Source of the DNA: Raphidiopsis brookii D9
GTDB taxonomy: Bacteria > Cyanobacteriota > Cyanobacteriia > Cyanobacteriales > Nostocaceae
Length of the DNA stretch: 32,000 nt
Reading direction: 5' to 3'
Assembly: GCA_000175855.1 (NCBI GenBank)
Contig: ACYB01000038.1
Span: 90,001 to 122,000, forward strand
Under the pieces are notes generated by a model, which did no database searches, was not told the origin of the DNA, and worked only from the letters and a program-made list of their open reading frames with translations. Below, piece by piece: positions 1 through 8,594 of this stretch (positions are counted from its first letter, which is position 1; each line of letters opens with the position of its first letter). Both the position numbers and the translations under genes were made by a program.

Positions 1-1
1 G

Positions 2-259
2 GACTTAGTTGTATTGACTGATATTTACAGTGCTGGTGAACCCAGTTGTGAGCAAATTACAGGTGAAAAATTGGCAGCAGAAATTGCCAAGCAACACCCA
101 CAAGTGATTTATCAACCAAGTTTAGCCCTGATTCCTCGGGTTTTATTATCCACCCTACGTCCAGGGGATTTAGCAGTGTTTCTTGGAGCTGGTAATTTAA
201 ATCAGACAATTCCAGAAATTATTAGTGCACTGAGTGAACCGGTCACAGTCACAGTTTAG
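2..259 (+). CDS. murC: UDP-N-acetylmuramate--L-alanine ligase, C-terminal fragment (5' part lies left of the window)
   Basis: The frame is open from base 2 (DLVVLTDIYSAGEP...DLAVFLGAGNL), which is a typical Mur-ligase C-terminal end. TAG at 257-259. murB follows directly. The TTG at 14 in the ORF track is only the first start-like codon inside the window. Confidence 0.85.
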   Translation, partial: DLVVLTDIYSAGEPSCEQITGEKLAAEIAKQHPQVIYQPSLALIPRVLLSTLRPGDLAVFLGAGNLNQTIPEIISALSEPVTVTV

Positions 260-335
260 GGATGGCTAGATTATACGTATTTTAGCCTAAATATTGCGTT
301 TGAGATGTTAATAAAGCTACCCATTTACATTAACA

Positions 336-1343
336 ATGATAATTTCTGAGTCTTCTGCTAGTCCCCGCACAGTCCCTACTTTGACGGAAAATAAACAAAC
401 AACAGTTAATTCAGATGAAAATCAAATTATTTACTTACCTGGAACTAATTGTGTAATTAAGTCCAACATTTCCCTGTCTGGGTTTACCTCCTACAAAGTG
501 GGAGGAGAAGCCCAGTGGTATAGCGCCCCCCGGGATTTAATGGCTATAAGAGCAACTGTGAAGTATGCCCAGGATCTGGATTTACCCATCACAATATTGG
601 GAGCAGGTTCCAACCTATTAGTGAGTGATGAAGGTATACCAGGAATGGTAATTGCTACCCGTCACTTCCGTCACAAACATTTTGATAACCAAACAGGTCG
701 GTTAACAGTAGCTGCAGGGGAACCCATTCCCAGTTTAGCATGGGAAGCAGCAAGTTTAGGATGGGAAGGACTAGAGTGGTCAGTTGGCATTCCAGGTACT
801 GTAGGTGGTGCTGTTGTGATGAATGCAGGAGCACATAATAAATGTATGGGGGAAATGTTAGTCAGTGCAGAGTTACTATCTCCTGATGGTACTCTAGAAA
901 CTGTGAATAGGTCACAGTTGGGTTACACCTATCGCAGCTCCTTGTTACAAAGAAGTAAGCGTATAGTTACTCAAGCTACTTTTCAACTTCAACCAGGTGC
1001 AGATCCAGCTAAAGTCACTGCTAGAACTAAAGAACACAAGCAGCACCGTCTTTCCACTCAACCTTACAATTTTCCCAGTTGTGGGAGTGTGTTTCGCAAC
1101 CCCCTACCCCAGACTGCGGGATGGTTAATTGAGCAATCTGGATTAAAAGGCTATCAAATTGGTAGGGCCCAAGTCGCCCAACTTCATGCTAACTTTATTG
1201 TTAATCGTGGAGGTGCTAGGGCCAATGATATTTTCCGTCTCATTCGCCATATTCAACATCAAATTCAGGATCAATGGTCAATCTTATTGGAACCAGAGGT
1301 AAAAATGATTGGTCAGTTTCCTGTTTTGGATGGTTATTCTTGA
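336..1343 (+). CDS. murB: UDP-N-acetylenolpyruvoylglucosamine reductase
   Basis: 335-aa ORF with FAD-binding-type motifs (YKVGGEAQWY, ILGAGSNLLVSD, GIPGTVGGAVVMNAGA) and MurB C-terminal motifs (GYTYRSS, PSCGSVFRNP, AGWLIEQSGLKG). The true start could be slightly internal. Confidence 0.9.
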   Translation: MIISESSASPRTVPTLTENKQTTVNSDENQIIYLPGTNCVIKSNISLSGFTSYKVGGEAQWYSAPRDLMAIRATVKYAQDLDLPITILGAGSNLLVSDEGIPGMVIATRHFRHKHFDNQTGRLTVAAGEPIPSLAWEAASLGWEGLEWSVGIPGTVGGAVVMNAGAHNKCMGEMLVSAELLSPDGTLETVNRSQLGYTYRSSLLQRSKRIVTQATFQLQPGADPAKVTARTKEHKQHRLSTQPYNFPSCGSVFRNPLPQTAGWLIEQSGLKGYQIGRAQVAQLHANFIVNRGGARANDIFRLIRHIQHQIQDQWSILLEPEVKMIGQFPVLDGYS

Positions 1344-1418
1344 GTTGGTTGAGACTAGGTCAGTGACAACTATAATTAGACTTGATTTTTTATTCGCAGC
1401 ACAACTGGAAAATTTACT

Positions 1419-1748
1419 ATGACAGGATTTGGTTTTGGAAAAGTAAAAGAATTAGCAGACGCTTTTAAGAAAGCTCAGGAGGTGCAACAAGGTGCCAAAC
1501 GTCTCCAAGAGGAATTAGAGCAGATGGAAATTGTGGGCGAGTCTGGTGGTGGACTAATTAAGGTGATTATTAGTGGTAACCAGGAACCTAAAAGGGTAGA
1601 AATATCCCCAAATGCACTTAATGAGGGACCAGACGTGCTTTCTGATCTAGTAACAGCAGCAATGAAGGATGCTTATCTTAAATCTACTCAGACCATGCGG
1701 GAACGCATGGAAGAGCTAACTGGTGGTTTGGAACTACCAGGATTTTAG
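1419..1748 (+). CDS. ybaB: YbaB/EbfC family nucleoid-associated DNA-binding protein
   Basis: 109 aa. Family-typical layout: helical N-terminus ([19 protein letters not shown]), then [25 protein letters not shown], then [13 protein letters not shown]. Confidence 0.85.
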   Translation: MTGFGFGKVKELADAFKKAQEVQQGAKRLQEELEQMEIVGESGGGLIKVIISGNQEPKRVEISPNALNEGPDVLSDLVTAAMKDAYLKSTQTMRERMEELTGGLELPGF

Positions 1749-1762
1749 TCAATGACAAGAAA

Positions 1763-1799
1763 CCCTACTTTTATAAAAAGTAGGGGCCATTTGTTTTTT
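1763..1799. terminator. Intrinsic terminator hairpin between convergent ybaB and trnL
   Basis: CCCTACTTTT (1763-1772) / AAAAGTAGGG (1776-1785) form a 10-bp stem with a 3-nt loop, followed by the T-rich GCCATTTGTTTTTT. An A-run on the other side would allow bidirectional use. Confidence 0.55.
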
Positions 1800-1800
1800 A

Positions 1801-2126
1801 TGGGGGTGGGGGGACTTGAACCCCCACGACTTTCTACAGTCAACGGATTTTCATTCTCTTGCAGCTTTCGCTACTACCTTTGGGGTTTTAAGAATTGGAC
1901 TCTCCCTTTACCCTCGTCTTCACGTTAGGGTAGCTCCCGTCGAGTCTCTGCACCTTCCCAGAAACATTACGTGAGTTTACTGGGCTTGGCTCAGGATTGC
2001 CTTGTCTGTTTGATGAAATCTCATCAGATTTAGGTTTCCCTGAGTTTGAGAGCTTACACTTGAAGGATTTCTCTATCAAGGCTCACTTTTCTAAGTCCGC
2101 AGCGTCTACCATTCCGCCACACCCCC
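1801..2126 (-). tRNA. trnL: tRNA-Leu(UAA) interrupted by a group I intron (exons 2126-2093 and 1851-1801)
   Basis: On the minus strand, the 5' exon is GGGGGTGTGGCGGAATGGTAGACGCTGCGGACTT (34 nt, ends at U34). The 3' exon is AAAATCCGTTGACTGTAGAAAGTCGTGGGGGTTCAAGTCCCCCCACCCCCA (51 nt). Acceptor stem GGGGGTG/CACCCCC, T-arm GGGGGTTCAAGTCCCCC. Joining the exons restores the anticodon loop CTTAAAA (UAA). No encoded CCA. Confidence 0.9.
1852..2092 (-). ncRNA. Group I self-splicing intron (cyanobacterial/plastid tRNA-Leu type), 241 nt
   Basis: Inserted between U34 and A35. It ends in ...GAGAATG (terminal G). The core segments CTCAAACTCAGGGAAACCTAAATCT, GACAAGGCAATCCTGAGCCAAGCC, GGAAGGTGCAGAGACTCGACGGGAGCTACCCTAACG, GACGAGGGTAAAG, GAGTCCAATTCT and GTAGCGAAAGCTGC match what I remember of the Anabaena pre-tRNA-Leu intron. 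Confidence 0.85.
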
Positions 2127-2249
2127 GCAGGGTTTTTTATGATGTCAAAACATCATCATAACATCATGCTGCTTTTCCTAGACTTTGTCAAGAGGTTGGG
2201 GAAAATTTTTTCGGACTAGGTGAGGTAGTATGGGGCCATAAGCTATATA

Positions 2250-2498
2250 ATGGTGTATGCACTAAATAGATTCTCTCATCCCCAAATTATGCTTTTAGCA
2301 ATACTGTATTTAGCCTTGGCTGGAGCCTACCTGTTAGCCATACCACTGATGGTCATGTTTTATCTCAACTGGCGCTGGTATTCAGCAACTTCTGTGGAAC
2401 GTGGATTTATGTACTTCTTGGTCTTTTTCTTCTTCCCAGGTTTGTTGTTGCTTTCCCCCATTGCCAATTTTCGACCCAGACCCAGACAAATTGTTTAA
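2250..2498 (+). CDS. ndhL: NAD(P)H-quinone oxidoreductase (NDH-1) subunit L
   Basis: The two-TM small protein [29 protein letters not shown]...[27 protein letters not shown] matches the NdhL family pattern. The true start may be the ATG at 2289 (MLLAILY...), because a TATAAT box overlaps the ATG at 2250. Confidence 0.8.
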   Translation: MVYALNRFSHPQIMLLAILYLALAGAYLLAIPLMVMFYLNWRWYSATSVERGFMYFLVFFFFPGLLLLSPIANFRPRPRQIV

Positions 2499-2523
2499 CG
2501 TAAATTGGTAGGTCACAACTCTC

Positions 2524-2829
2524 ATGCGACGTATTGATGCAATTACTATTACCTTAGGGATCTTCTTCATAGGCGGACTGGCTTATGGGGTGCTACAGTT
2601 GATTGGTTTGAATAGTCAAGATGCGGGAATTTGGAGTCAAGTTCTACTGGTGCTAGGTTTAATGGGTTGGTTGGGAACTTATCTATTCCGTGCAGGGAGT
2701 AAAACAATGACCTACCACCAACAGCGGGAAGAGTATGAAAAGGCTTTTCTCCAAAAGCGTCTGGATGAACTCTCCCCGGAAGAGTTAGCCAGAATACAAG
2801 CTAAGATTGATTCCAATGATCAACCCTAA
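2524..2829 (+). CDS. DUF3007 family membrane protein
   Basis: 101 aa, two TM helices (ITLGIFFIGGLAYGVLQLIG; WSQVLLVLGLMGWLGTYLF) followed by MTYHQQREEYEKAFLQKR. It sits in the ndhL-DUF3007-trpA arrangement I remember from cyanobacteria. The family assignment is from memory. Confidence 0.65.
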   Translation: MRRIDAITITLGIFFIGGLAYGVLQLIGLNSQDAGIWSQVLLVLGLMGWLGTYLFRAGSKTMTYHQQREEYEKAFLQKRLDELSPEELARIQAKIDSNDQP

Positions 2830-2843
2830 CCGATGACTAACTG

Positions 2844-3641
2844 ATGACCTCAATTTCTCGTTGTTTTGAAAATTTAAGACGGAATCAAGAGTGCGCCCTG
2901 ATTCCGTTTATTACTGCTGGTGACCCTGATTTACATACTACAGCTCAGGCTTTAGAAGTGCTAGATTGTGCTGGTGCGGATATTATTGAATTAGGTGTTC
3001 CCTACTCCGATCCCCTGGCAGATGGTCCAGTAATTCAAGCCGCTGCTACCCGTGCAATACAAAAAGGTACCACTTTAGAACAGGTGTTGACAATGCTCAA
3101 GGCTACTACACCTAAATTGAAAGCACCTGTAATATTATTTACATATTATAATCCCATTTTACATCGAGGAATTCCAAAATTTTTAGATGATATTAAATCC
3201 GCTGGTGTGTCAGGTTTGGTAGTTCCAGATTTACCTTTGGAAGAGTCTGCAACCCTTTTAAAACCAGCAAGTGACCAAGAAATTGACCTGACCCTTCTCA
3301 TAGCTCCCACAAGTTCCATGGACAGAATAGAAGCGATCGCCCATGCTTCTCAAGGTTTTATTTATTTGGTAAGTGTTACTGGTGTCACTGGTATGCGATC
3401 GCAAATGGAAAATCGAGTTTCTGAATTACTAGACAAAATCCGCACTGTTACAGATAAACCCATAGGTGTGGGATTTGGTATTTCTGACATAGAACAAGCA
3501 CGTCAAGTAAGAGACTGGGGAGCTGATGCAGCAATTGTAGGTAGTGCGATAGTCAAGCGATTGGCAGAGGGTACACCCGATCAGGGACTAGAAGCGATCG
3601 CCCAATTTTGTCGAAATTTAAAGGAGGCGGTCAAAAATTAA
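2844..3641 (+). CDS. trpA: Tryptophan synthase alpha chain
   Basis: 265 aa with TrpA hallmarks: [62 protein letters not shown]. Confidence 0.95.
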   Translation: MTSISRCFENLRRNQECALIPFITAGDPDLHTTAQALEVLDCAGADIIELGVPYSDPLADGPVIQAAATRAIQKGTTLEQVLTMLKATTPKLKAPVILFTYYNPILHRGIPKFLDDIKSAGVSGLVVPDLPLEESATLLKPASDQEIDLTLLIAPTSSMDRIEAIAHASQGFIYLVSVTGVTGMRSQMENRVSELLDKIRTVTDKPIGVGFGISDIEQARQVRDWGADAAIVGSAIVKRLAEGTPDQGLEAIAQFCRNLKEAVKN

Positions 3642-3809
3642 TCTGATTAATCTTTGCCCACAATTGCTGGTAATTTACTGGTAATTTAAATTAATCTGAT
3701 TTAAAATTAGACGATAAATTTATCTACTGTGAGTGTATCCCAAAAATATGTCATTTACAATACAACTATGGTCTTGGTACTACTTAGTTTTAGTTAAGGG
3801 GTGTGGTGT

Positions 3810-4451
3810 ATGAGTGAGAGTATGGCATTTGTTGGTGGGGTAGCTGTTGCTGGTTTAGCAGCTTTGCTATTACTGAAAGGAAATAGCACTCCCATACAAC
3901 AACCCAACTTTGGTATTTCACAATTACCCAATAACATTGGGCCTTCCCAGGGAATGCCACAGTACCCATCTGGACAGGGAGGATATAGTAACCTCCAACC
4001 AGTAGCACCCTTAGACCAGCGATTAGATTTAGAAAAGTTAAAAATTCAAGTAGACAGTTTAAGAGGCGACAACGAGCAGTTACGCTTACAAAACCAACAG
4101 CTACAGGGTCAAATTAATGCCTTCAGCTTGAGCCAAAACCAAATGAATTCACTACAACAGCAGCCAACCAGAATGATGGCCCCACTGCCTTCTGAAGCGG
4201 AAAAATGGTGGAATTCACCCATAATTTGGGCCGTAGGTGGGGCGACTTTAACAGTGGGAGGTGGCATTGTAGTAGCTGGTGTGTTGTCCTTGTTTTCGCC
4301 TAGACAACGTCCCTCTCGCACTGTGCAGGTAATTCACCCTTATCATGGAGTAACAACACCCCTGGGAACCATGCGACGGGCGGAGTTTTTACCACCCTCT
4401 CACGCTGAAAGCAGAAGGGTAGAAACAGCGGAATACGACGAATTACATTAG
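3810..4451 (+). CDS. Hypothetical bitopic membrane protein, Gln-rich coiled-coil middle region
   Basis: ATG at 3810 with AAGGGG 9 nt upstream (the GTG at 3801 is an alternative). N-terminal TM (FVGGVAVAGLAALLLL), Q-rich heptad region (LRGDNEQLRLQNQQLQGQINAF), second TM (IIWAVGGATLTVGGGIVVAGVL). I recognise no family. Confidence 0.5.
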   Translation: MSESMAFVGGVAVAGLAALLLLKGNSTPIQQPNFGISQLPNNIGPSQGMPQYPSGQGGYSNLQPVAPLDQRLDLEKLKIQVDSLRGDNEQLRLQNQQLQGQINAFSLSQNQMNSLQQQPTRMMAPLPSEAEKWWNSPIIWAVGGATLTVGGGIVVAGVLSLFSPRQRPSRTVQVIHPYHGVTTPLGTMRRAEFLPPSHAESRRVETAEYDELH

Positions 4452-4466
4452 AAGTGTAACACAGGG

Positions 4467-6305
4467 TTATCTACTACTGATCGGTTTTGGAGTTGGTATG
4501 GGGTTGTGGGTTTGACCCGGTAAAACCTGTTGGGCAACCTTTTGAGCTGCTTGTTTAAACAATGGTTCTAGTTTATCTTGCCAGTATTTAATATTAGGCA
4601 ACTTTTCTGGTTCGTTGCGATAGGCCAAGACCTTTTCCCATTGTCCGCTGTCAACAGCACGATTAATTTCATTAGCCAAAGTCTCAGCTTTGGCCCAGTC
4701 TTGTTGCCATTGGTCAATTATCTTCAATTGCTGACCATTAGAAGTGGTTTTTTGGGGAGCGGATTTCAGTTGAGCTATTGCTCCCTTCACATCCCCTGAC
4801 TGGAATTTTTGTCGAGCTTGTAGAACGATTGGATCTTGAGACTCTGTATCAGCAGATTGAGACAAGAATGGGGATGGAGGGGTAGTAGGAGATAACTGAG
4901 GTTTAGGCACTATTCGAGATGTAATTAAAGGTAAATCATCAACGATTTGAAGAGAAACACCCTGGTCTCGCAGACAAGAGACCCATTGGTCATTGTTAGT
5001 AATCACATCGGAATGAGCCCAGGCCAAACGACCAGATTTAAGTTTAACTTCTATCCAACCACGCTTAGTTCTTTTTCCGGTAACAATAAACTCACTAGGA
5101 TCACCAATACTCTTTAAAATATTATCAGAACTAATGGCGCTAGGTTGGGAGCGCACATTAGAATTTGGTGCTACCATGGCCAAACAATTTTCTGGAGATG
5201 TGCCATTCTTATCCTTCCAATTAGCAGTCAAGGTTTGAATGTTGGGATATAAATTGCCTACTAAAGCTGCTGCACCACCGACCAAAAATAAACCAATTAC
5301 CAGTGGTAAGAGATCTGGTTTTTGTTCCTGTTTAGGAGCAGATACTAGGGGAGGAGTGTGAACAGGTGCCAAAGCTAAGGTAGGTTGTGGAAACAATGAA
5401 ACAGATTGATTATGGGCTTTTATGGGTAATTTTTTTCCACTGGGTGTGGGAGATAGGGAGTAACCGAAGGATTTAGCATATTCTTTTATAAACTCTCGAC
5501 AAACTTCTAATACTTCTGTTGCCGTTTGATAACGTTCCTTGAAGTGATAACGCACCATTTTGCTGAGAATTTCCCCCAGACGGGAATTGACAGGTCGAAA
5601 ATGTTGCCAGAGAATTTCACCGGTATCCGGATCCTCTGGAAACTGATTAGCAGCTATTCCTGTTAAAGCTTGAATAGCAATGATACCCAAAGCATAAATA
5701 TCACTACTTGGGCGAGGTTTACCCTGTCCTTGCTCAGTAGGCATATAACCAGGAGTGCCAACAATTATAGTGGGATTTAATTGATGTTCTGAAAGAACAG
5801 AAGGACAACGTACTTGTTTGACAGCTCCAAAATCCACAAGCACCAGTTTGTAATCATCCACACGACGAATCAGATTGTCAGGTTTTATATCCCGGTGAAT
5901 CACCCCCTGCTGATGGACAAATTCCAAAACTTCTAAGATTTCCAAGAGGAATTGTATGACTTGGTTTTCACCCCATGGTTGTCCGGGTATAAGTTCCATT
6001 GTCAGGGTATGACCATCAATGTATTCCTGAACCAGGAAAAATTCCTGATTTTCATCAAAATAAGCCAGTAACCGAGGTATTTGATCATGATTACCCAATT
6101 TTTCCAAGGTTTCAGCTTCATTATTAAACAGACGTTTAGCAGTTGTAAAAATATGCTTGTCATTACTAACCAGTTTTAGATGTTTAACAACACAAATAGG
6201 ATTACCAGGTCGCCGAGTATCTTGAGCGATGTAGGTTTGACTAAATCCCCCAGTTGCTAAAACACGCACAACTTTATATCTATGGTCTAGTAGTTTGCCT
6301 ATCAT
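4467..6305 (-). CDS. Serine/threonine protein kinase (Hanks type) with TM segment and extracytoplasmic SH3b-like region
   Basis: Kinase motifs: GGFSQTY (G-loop), VVKHLK, HRDIKPDNL, DFG, GTPGYMPTEQ. TM at LLPLVIGLFLVGGAAALVG. The following segment NVRSQPS...GWIEVKLKSGRLAWAHSDVI looks like a bacterial SH3 domain. The C-terminus is helical. Confidence 0.9.
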   Translation of the reverse strand: MIGKLLDHRYKVVRVLATGGFSQTYIAQDTRRPGNPICVVKHLKLVSNDKHIFTTAKRLFNNEAETLEKLGNHDQIPRLLAYFDENQEFFLVQEYIDGHTLTMELIPGQPWGENQVIQFLLEILEVLEFVHQQGVIHRDIKPDNLIRRVDDYKLVLVDFGAVKQVRCPSVLSEHQLNPTIIVGTPGYMPTEQGQGKPRPSSDIYALGIIAIQALTGIAANQFPEDPDTGEILWQHFRPVNSRLGEILSKMVRYHFKERYQTATEVLEVCREFIKEYAKSFGYSLSPTPSGKKLPIKAHNQSVSLFPQPTLALAPVHTPPLVSAPKQEQKPDLLPLVIGLFLVGGAAALVGNLYPNIQTLTANWKDKNGTSPENCLAMVAPNSNVRSQPSAISSDNILKSIGDPSEFIVTGKRTKRGWIEVKLKSGRLAWAHSDVITNNDQWVSCLRDQGVSLQIVDDLPLITSRIVPKPQLSPTTPPSPFLSQSADTESQDPIVLQARQKFQSGDVKGAIAQLKSAPQKTTSNGQQLKIIDQWQQDWAKAETLANEINRAVDSGQWEKVLAYRNEPEKLPNIKYWQDKLEPLFKQAAQKVAQQVLPGQTHNPIPTPKPISSR

Positions 6306-6483
6306 GATTTATTCCCCGGTTCCATACTTAATCTTGTAATTTTGCCTAGTCAATATCTCCAAATTTTCTGTCCTAATATCCGCTATGTTGAGAAAAGATT
6401 TAGACTAAAGTGGCAGTTTTTTCGATTAAACTCAAAAATTGTCAATGCGTAGGTCCTAGTTTTTTGAATTATTTTTAAAAAAA

Positions 6484-6972
6484 ATGCCACCTAATATCCC
6501 CAATTCTACTATATGGCAACAAGCGGAAATTCTCATGCAACCAGCTTTTATCCGCATTGTTGATAATATTCGTAAACATCTAGATATATCCAAGTGGAAA
6601 GGAAGTTACCACGATGTACTGATTTGGCCAGCAGGTACAACGGATGGAACTAAATCTATTGTGATCCAGTTATTGGAGGATTCGAAAAACGCCACAGCGG
6701 AAGATTTACTAGCTATTAAGCAAAAACTGGCTCTTTTACCCATCCCCCATCCGGGATATCATTTGCGTTTGCAATATCAAGAACAGGTGGTGAATATGGA
6801 TTTGTGGGATTTATGTTATCAGGTTTGTTTTGTGGATTATAGTCCTGAAAATGTCCTAGTTGACATTGATACTAATTTATTAGATGAATTTGGGGAGGTA
6901 GATTGGCAATATTTAGAGAGTAAGACCAAGGGGTTAGTGCAAAGAATTTTTGATAACCTAATAGAAAGTTGA
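6484..6972 (+). CDS. Conserved cyanobacterial hypothetical protein
   Basis: 162-aa ORF. The N-terminus WQQAEILMQPAFIRIVDNIRK and the segment PGYHLRL...WDLCYQVCF resemble a conserved cyanobacterial protein of unknown function that I remember. No domain name is asserted. Confidence 0.55.
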   Translation: MPPNIPNSTIWQQAEILMQPAFIRIVDNIRKHLDISKWKGSYHDVLIWPAGTTDGTKSIVIQLLEDSKNATAEDLLAIKQKLALLPIPHPGYHLRLQYQEQVVNMDLWDLCYQVCFVDYSPENVLVDIDTNLLDEFGEVDWQYLESKTKGLVQRIFDNLIES

Positions 6973-7218
6973 CTCTCCCCCACGCACAGTGTCCAGGTAG
7001 TGCATTGACTGTTATAGCTTTTTTAGTATCCCTACAGCATAGTCCCAAATACTAATGTAGGGGATATACACATACACAATAGTTCACCGGTTCTCAGCGA
7101 TTTTTTCCATGCTCCGGTTTGGGTAATTAATGACTGGTTCACAATTTGTTTGGTTCAGCTTGCATGAAAATCCCCGTTGTGCATAAAATTACAATGAACC
7201 TAATTGGGAATTTCACAA

Positions 7219-8460
7219 ATGTGGCAAGTAATAAAAGACATAATTGAAAAATTGCAAAGTTGGTGGGGTGGATTGAGAGATCATATTTTCGGGAAAGAAC
7301 CAGATATTATAGATGATGGTGGTGATGGGGACGGAGAGGAATCCGAAACAGGAGGTTCTGGAGAAAAAATTCCAATAATCGACGACTTCGATTATGGCCC
7401 TATTATTGATCGTCTTCCTCCAACAAAGATCTTCCCGAAAGAAATTTTATTTGAGCATCCCAGTGATAAAATTGATTCGCTCCAGAAAAAAGTTTTAGAA
7501 ATTTTATTTTCTCGATTCAACTTATCAGCAAAAGAGGGTGATAATTATGTTGCCTATTTTCCGTCTCGGTTGCTTTCTTATATTAAACAAAAAGATGCCT
7601 TTTTTGCCTTTAGGCAATTTCTTAATGACATCGGCACAACACCCGATGAAGTTTTTAAAAACCGAGAAATAGCAAATTTTGTCAAAGAGGCAATTTTGGG
7701 GCTTTATGAAGCTGATGTCAACCGTTGGGATACTCCCCTTTCTACTGAACCTCTGTATCAAAAACTAAAACAATCCATTAATTGCCATAACTTAGATGAC
7801 TTTATTAACCTGCTAAATAAACTGGAAAAATTTGCCATTCTTGCCCACCAAATAGAAAGATTGATCGGTAAAATTCCCTTTCACGAGTTTGACCAATTTT
7901 CCCAGGAAGTAAAATCTCAATTAAAAGAATGGCATACTATACCGGAAAAAACTGTTAATCAGTGGAAGAATTCACTGAACAAATATGAAAGCCAATCTAC
8001 AAATTACCAAAATCTTTGTAAGCAAATTTCTCAAGATTTTCTGCGAGTAGAATCATTGTCCCTAACATCGGAACAAACTATCGTTATTGAATATTTATTA
8101 AAGGAAGTAGAGCAACTTAAAAAACTACTGCAAGTTGGACCAGTTGAACTCGATGATGGGATAGAACAACTGGAAATTTTAGCCGATGAAATCAAGGGAT
8201 TTGTTGATGAAGTTTCATATCGTCATAGAGAGGCCGAAAGTTCGAGAACAGAAGATGTTCCACCCAAAAATAATAAATTATCCCTGGATGAGGCATTAAT
8301 ACTACTCAGTCTAACCCTAGAAACACTCACACTCCAATCACTCAAAACATCACGCAATAGATATGCCAGAATTCATCACCCTGATATAGGTGGAGATGAA
8401 AAAATGATGAAAAAAATTAATCAGGCCTACGAAATCTTGAAGGAGTACTTAGAAATCTGA
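7219..8460 (+). CDS. J-domain (DnaJ-like) protein with a long helical N-terminal region (cassette gene 1)
   Basis: C-terminal J domain with an intact HPD loop: LDEALILLSL...LKTSRNRYARIHHPDIGGDEKMMKKINQAYEILKEYL. Acidic DDGGDGDGEESETGGSGE stretch near the N-terminus. No TM segment. ATG at 7219 is preferred over the TTG at 7204. Confidence 0.75.
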   Translation: MWQVIKDIIEKLQSWWGGLRDHIFGKEPDIIDDGGDGDGEESETGGSGEKIPIIDDFDYGPIIDRLPPTKIFPKEILFEHPSDKIDSLQKKVLEILFSRFNLSAKEGDNYVAYFPSRLLSYIKQKDAFFAFRQFLNDIGTTPDEVFKNREIANFVKEAILGLYEADVNRWDTPLSTEPLYQKLKQSINCHNLDDFINLLNKLEKFAILAHQIERLIGKIPFHEFDQFSQEVKSQLKEWHTIPEKTVNQWKNSLNKYESQSTNYQNLCKQISQDFLRVESLSLTSEQTIVIEYLLKEVEQLKKLLQVGPVELDDGIEQLEILADEIKGFVDEVSYRHREAESSRTEDVPPKNNKLSLDEALILLSLTLETLTLQSLKTSRNRYARIHHPDIGGDEKMMKKINQAYEILKEYLEI

Positions 8461-8594
8461 AGTAAAAATAACTAACCGGATAGATCTTCATTTACGGATC
8501 TTCTTTACAAATCTTAATATACTTTGCTACTAGCAAGTTTTAGGATTGATTAGAATAAAAAAAATACGTATTATTCCCTACTACTTACACCCCA

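Noticed and set aside
1888-2079. 63-aa minus-strand ORF
   Set aside because: It lies entirely inside the tRNA-Leu group I intron, so it is a chance ORF in structured RNA.
1801-2126. First impression of a tmRNA (ssrA) gene, because of the tRNA-like 3' end GGGGGTTCAAGTCCCCCCACCCCCA and the length of about 330 nt
   Set aside because: The 5' end folds as a normal tRNA-Leu acceptor, D and anticodon stem. The interior matches group I intron core sequences rather than a tag-peptide reading frame with pseudoknots. Exon joining gives a clean UAA anticodon loop.
2382-4799. Antisense or overlapping ORFs 2382-2570, 3790-4008, 4109-4321 and 4578-4799
   Set aside because: These are shadow ORFs opposite well-supported genes (ndhL/DUF3007, the 3810-4451 gene, the kinase). 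Their composition is low-complexity or biased, and no motifs are present.
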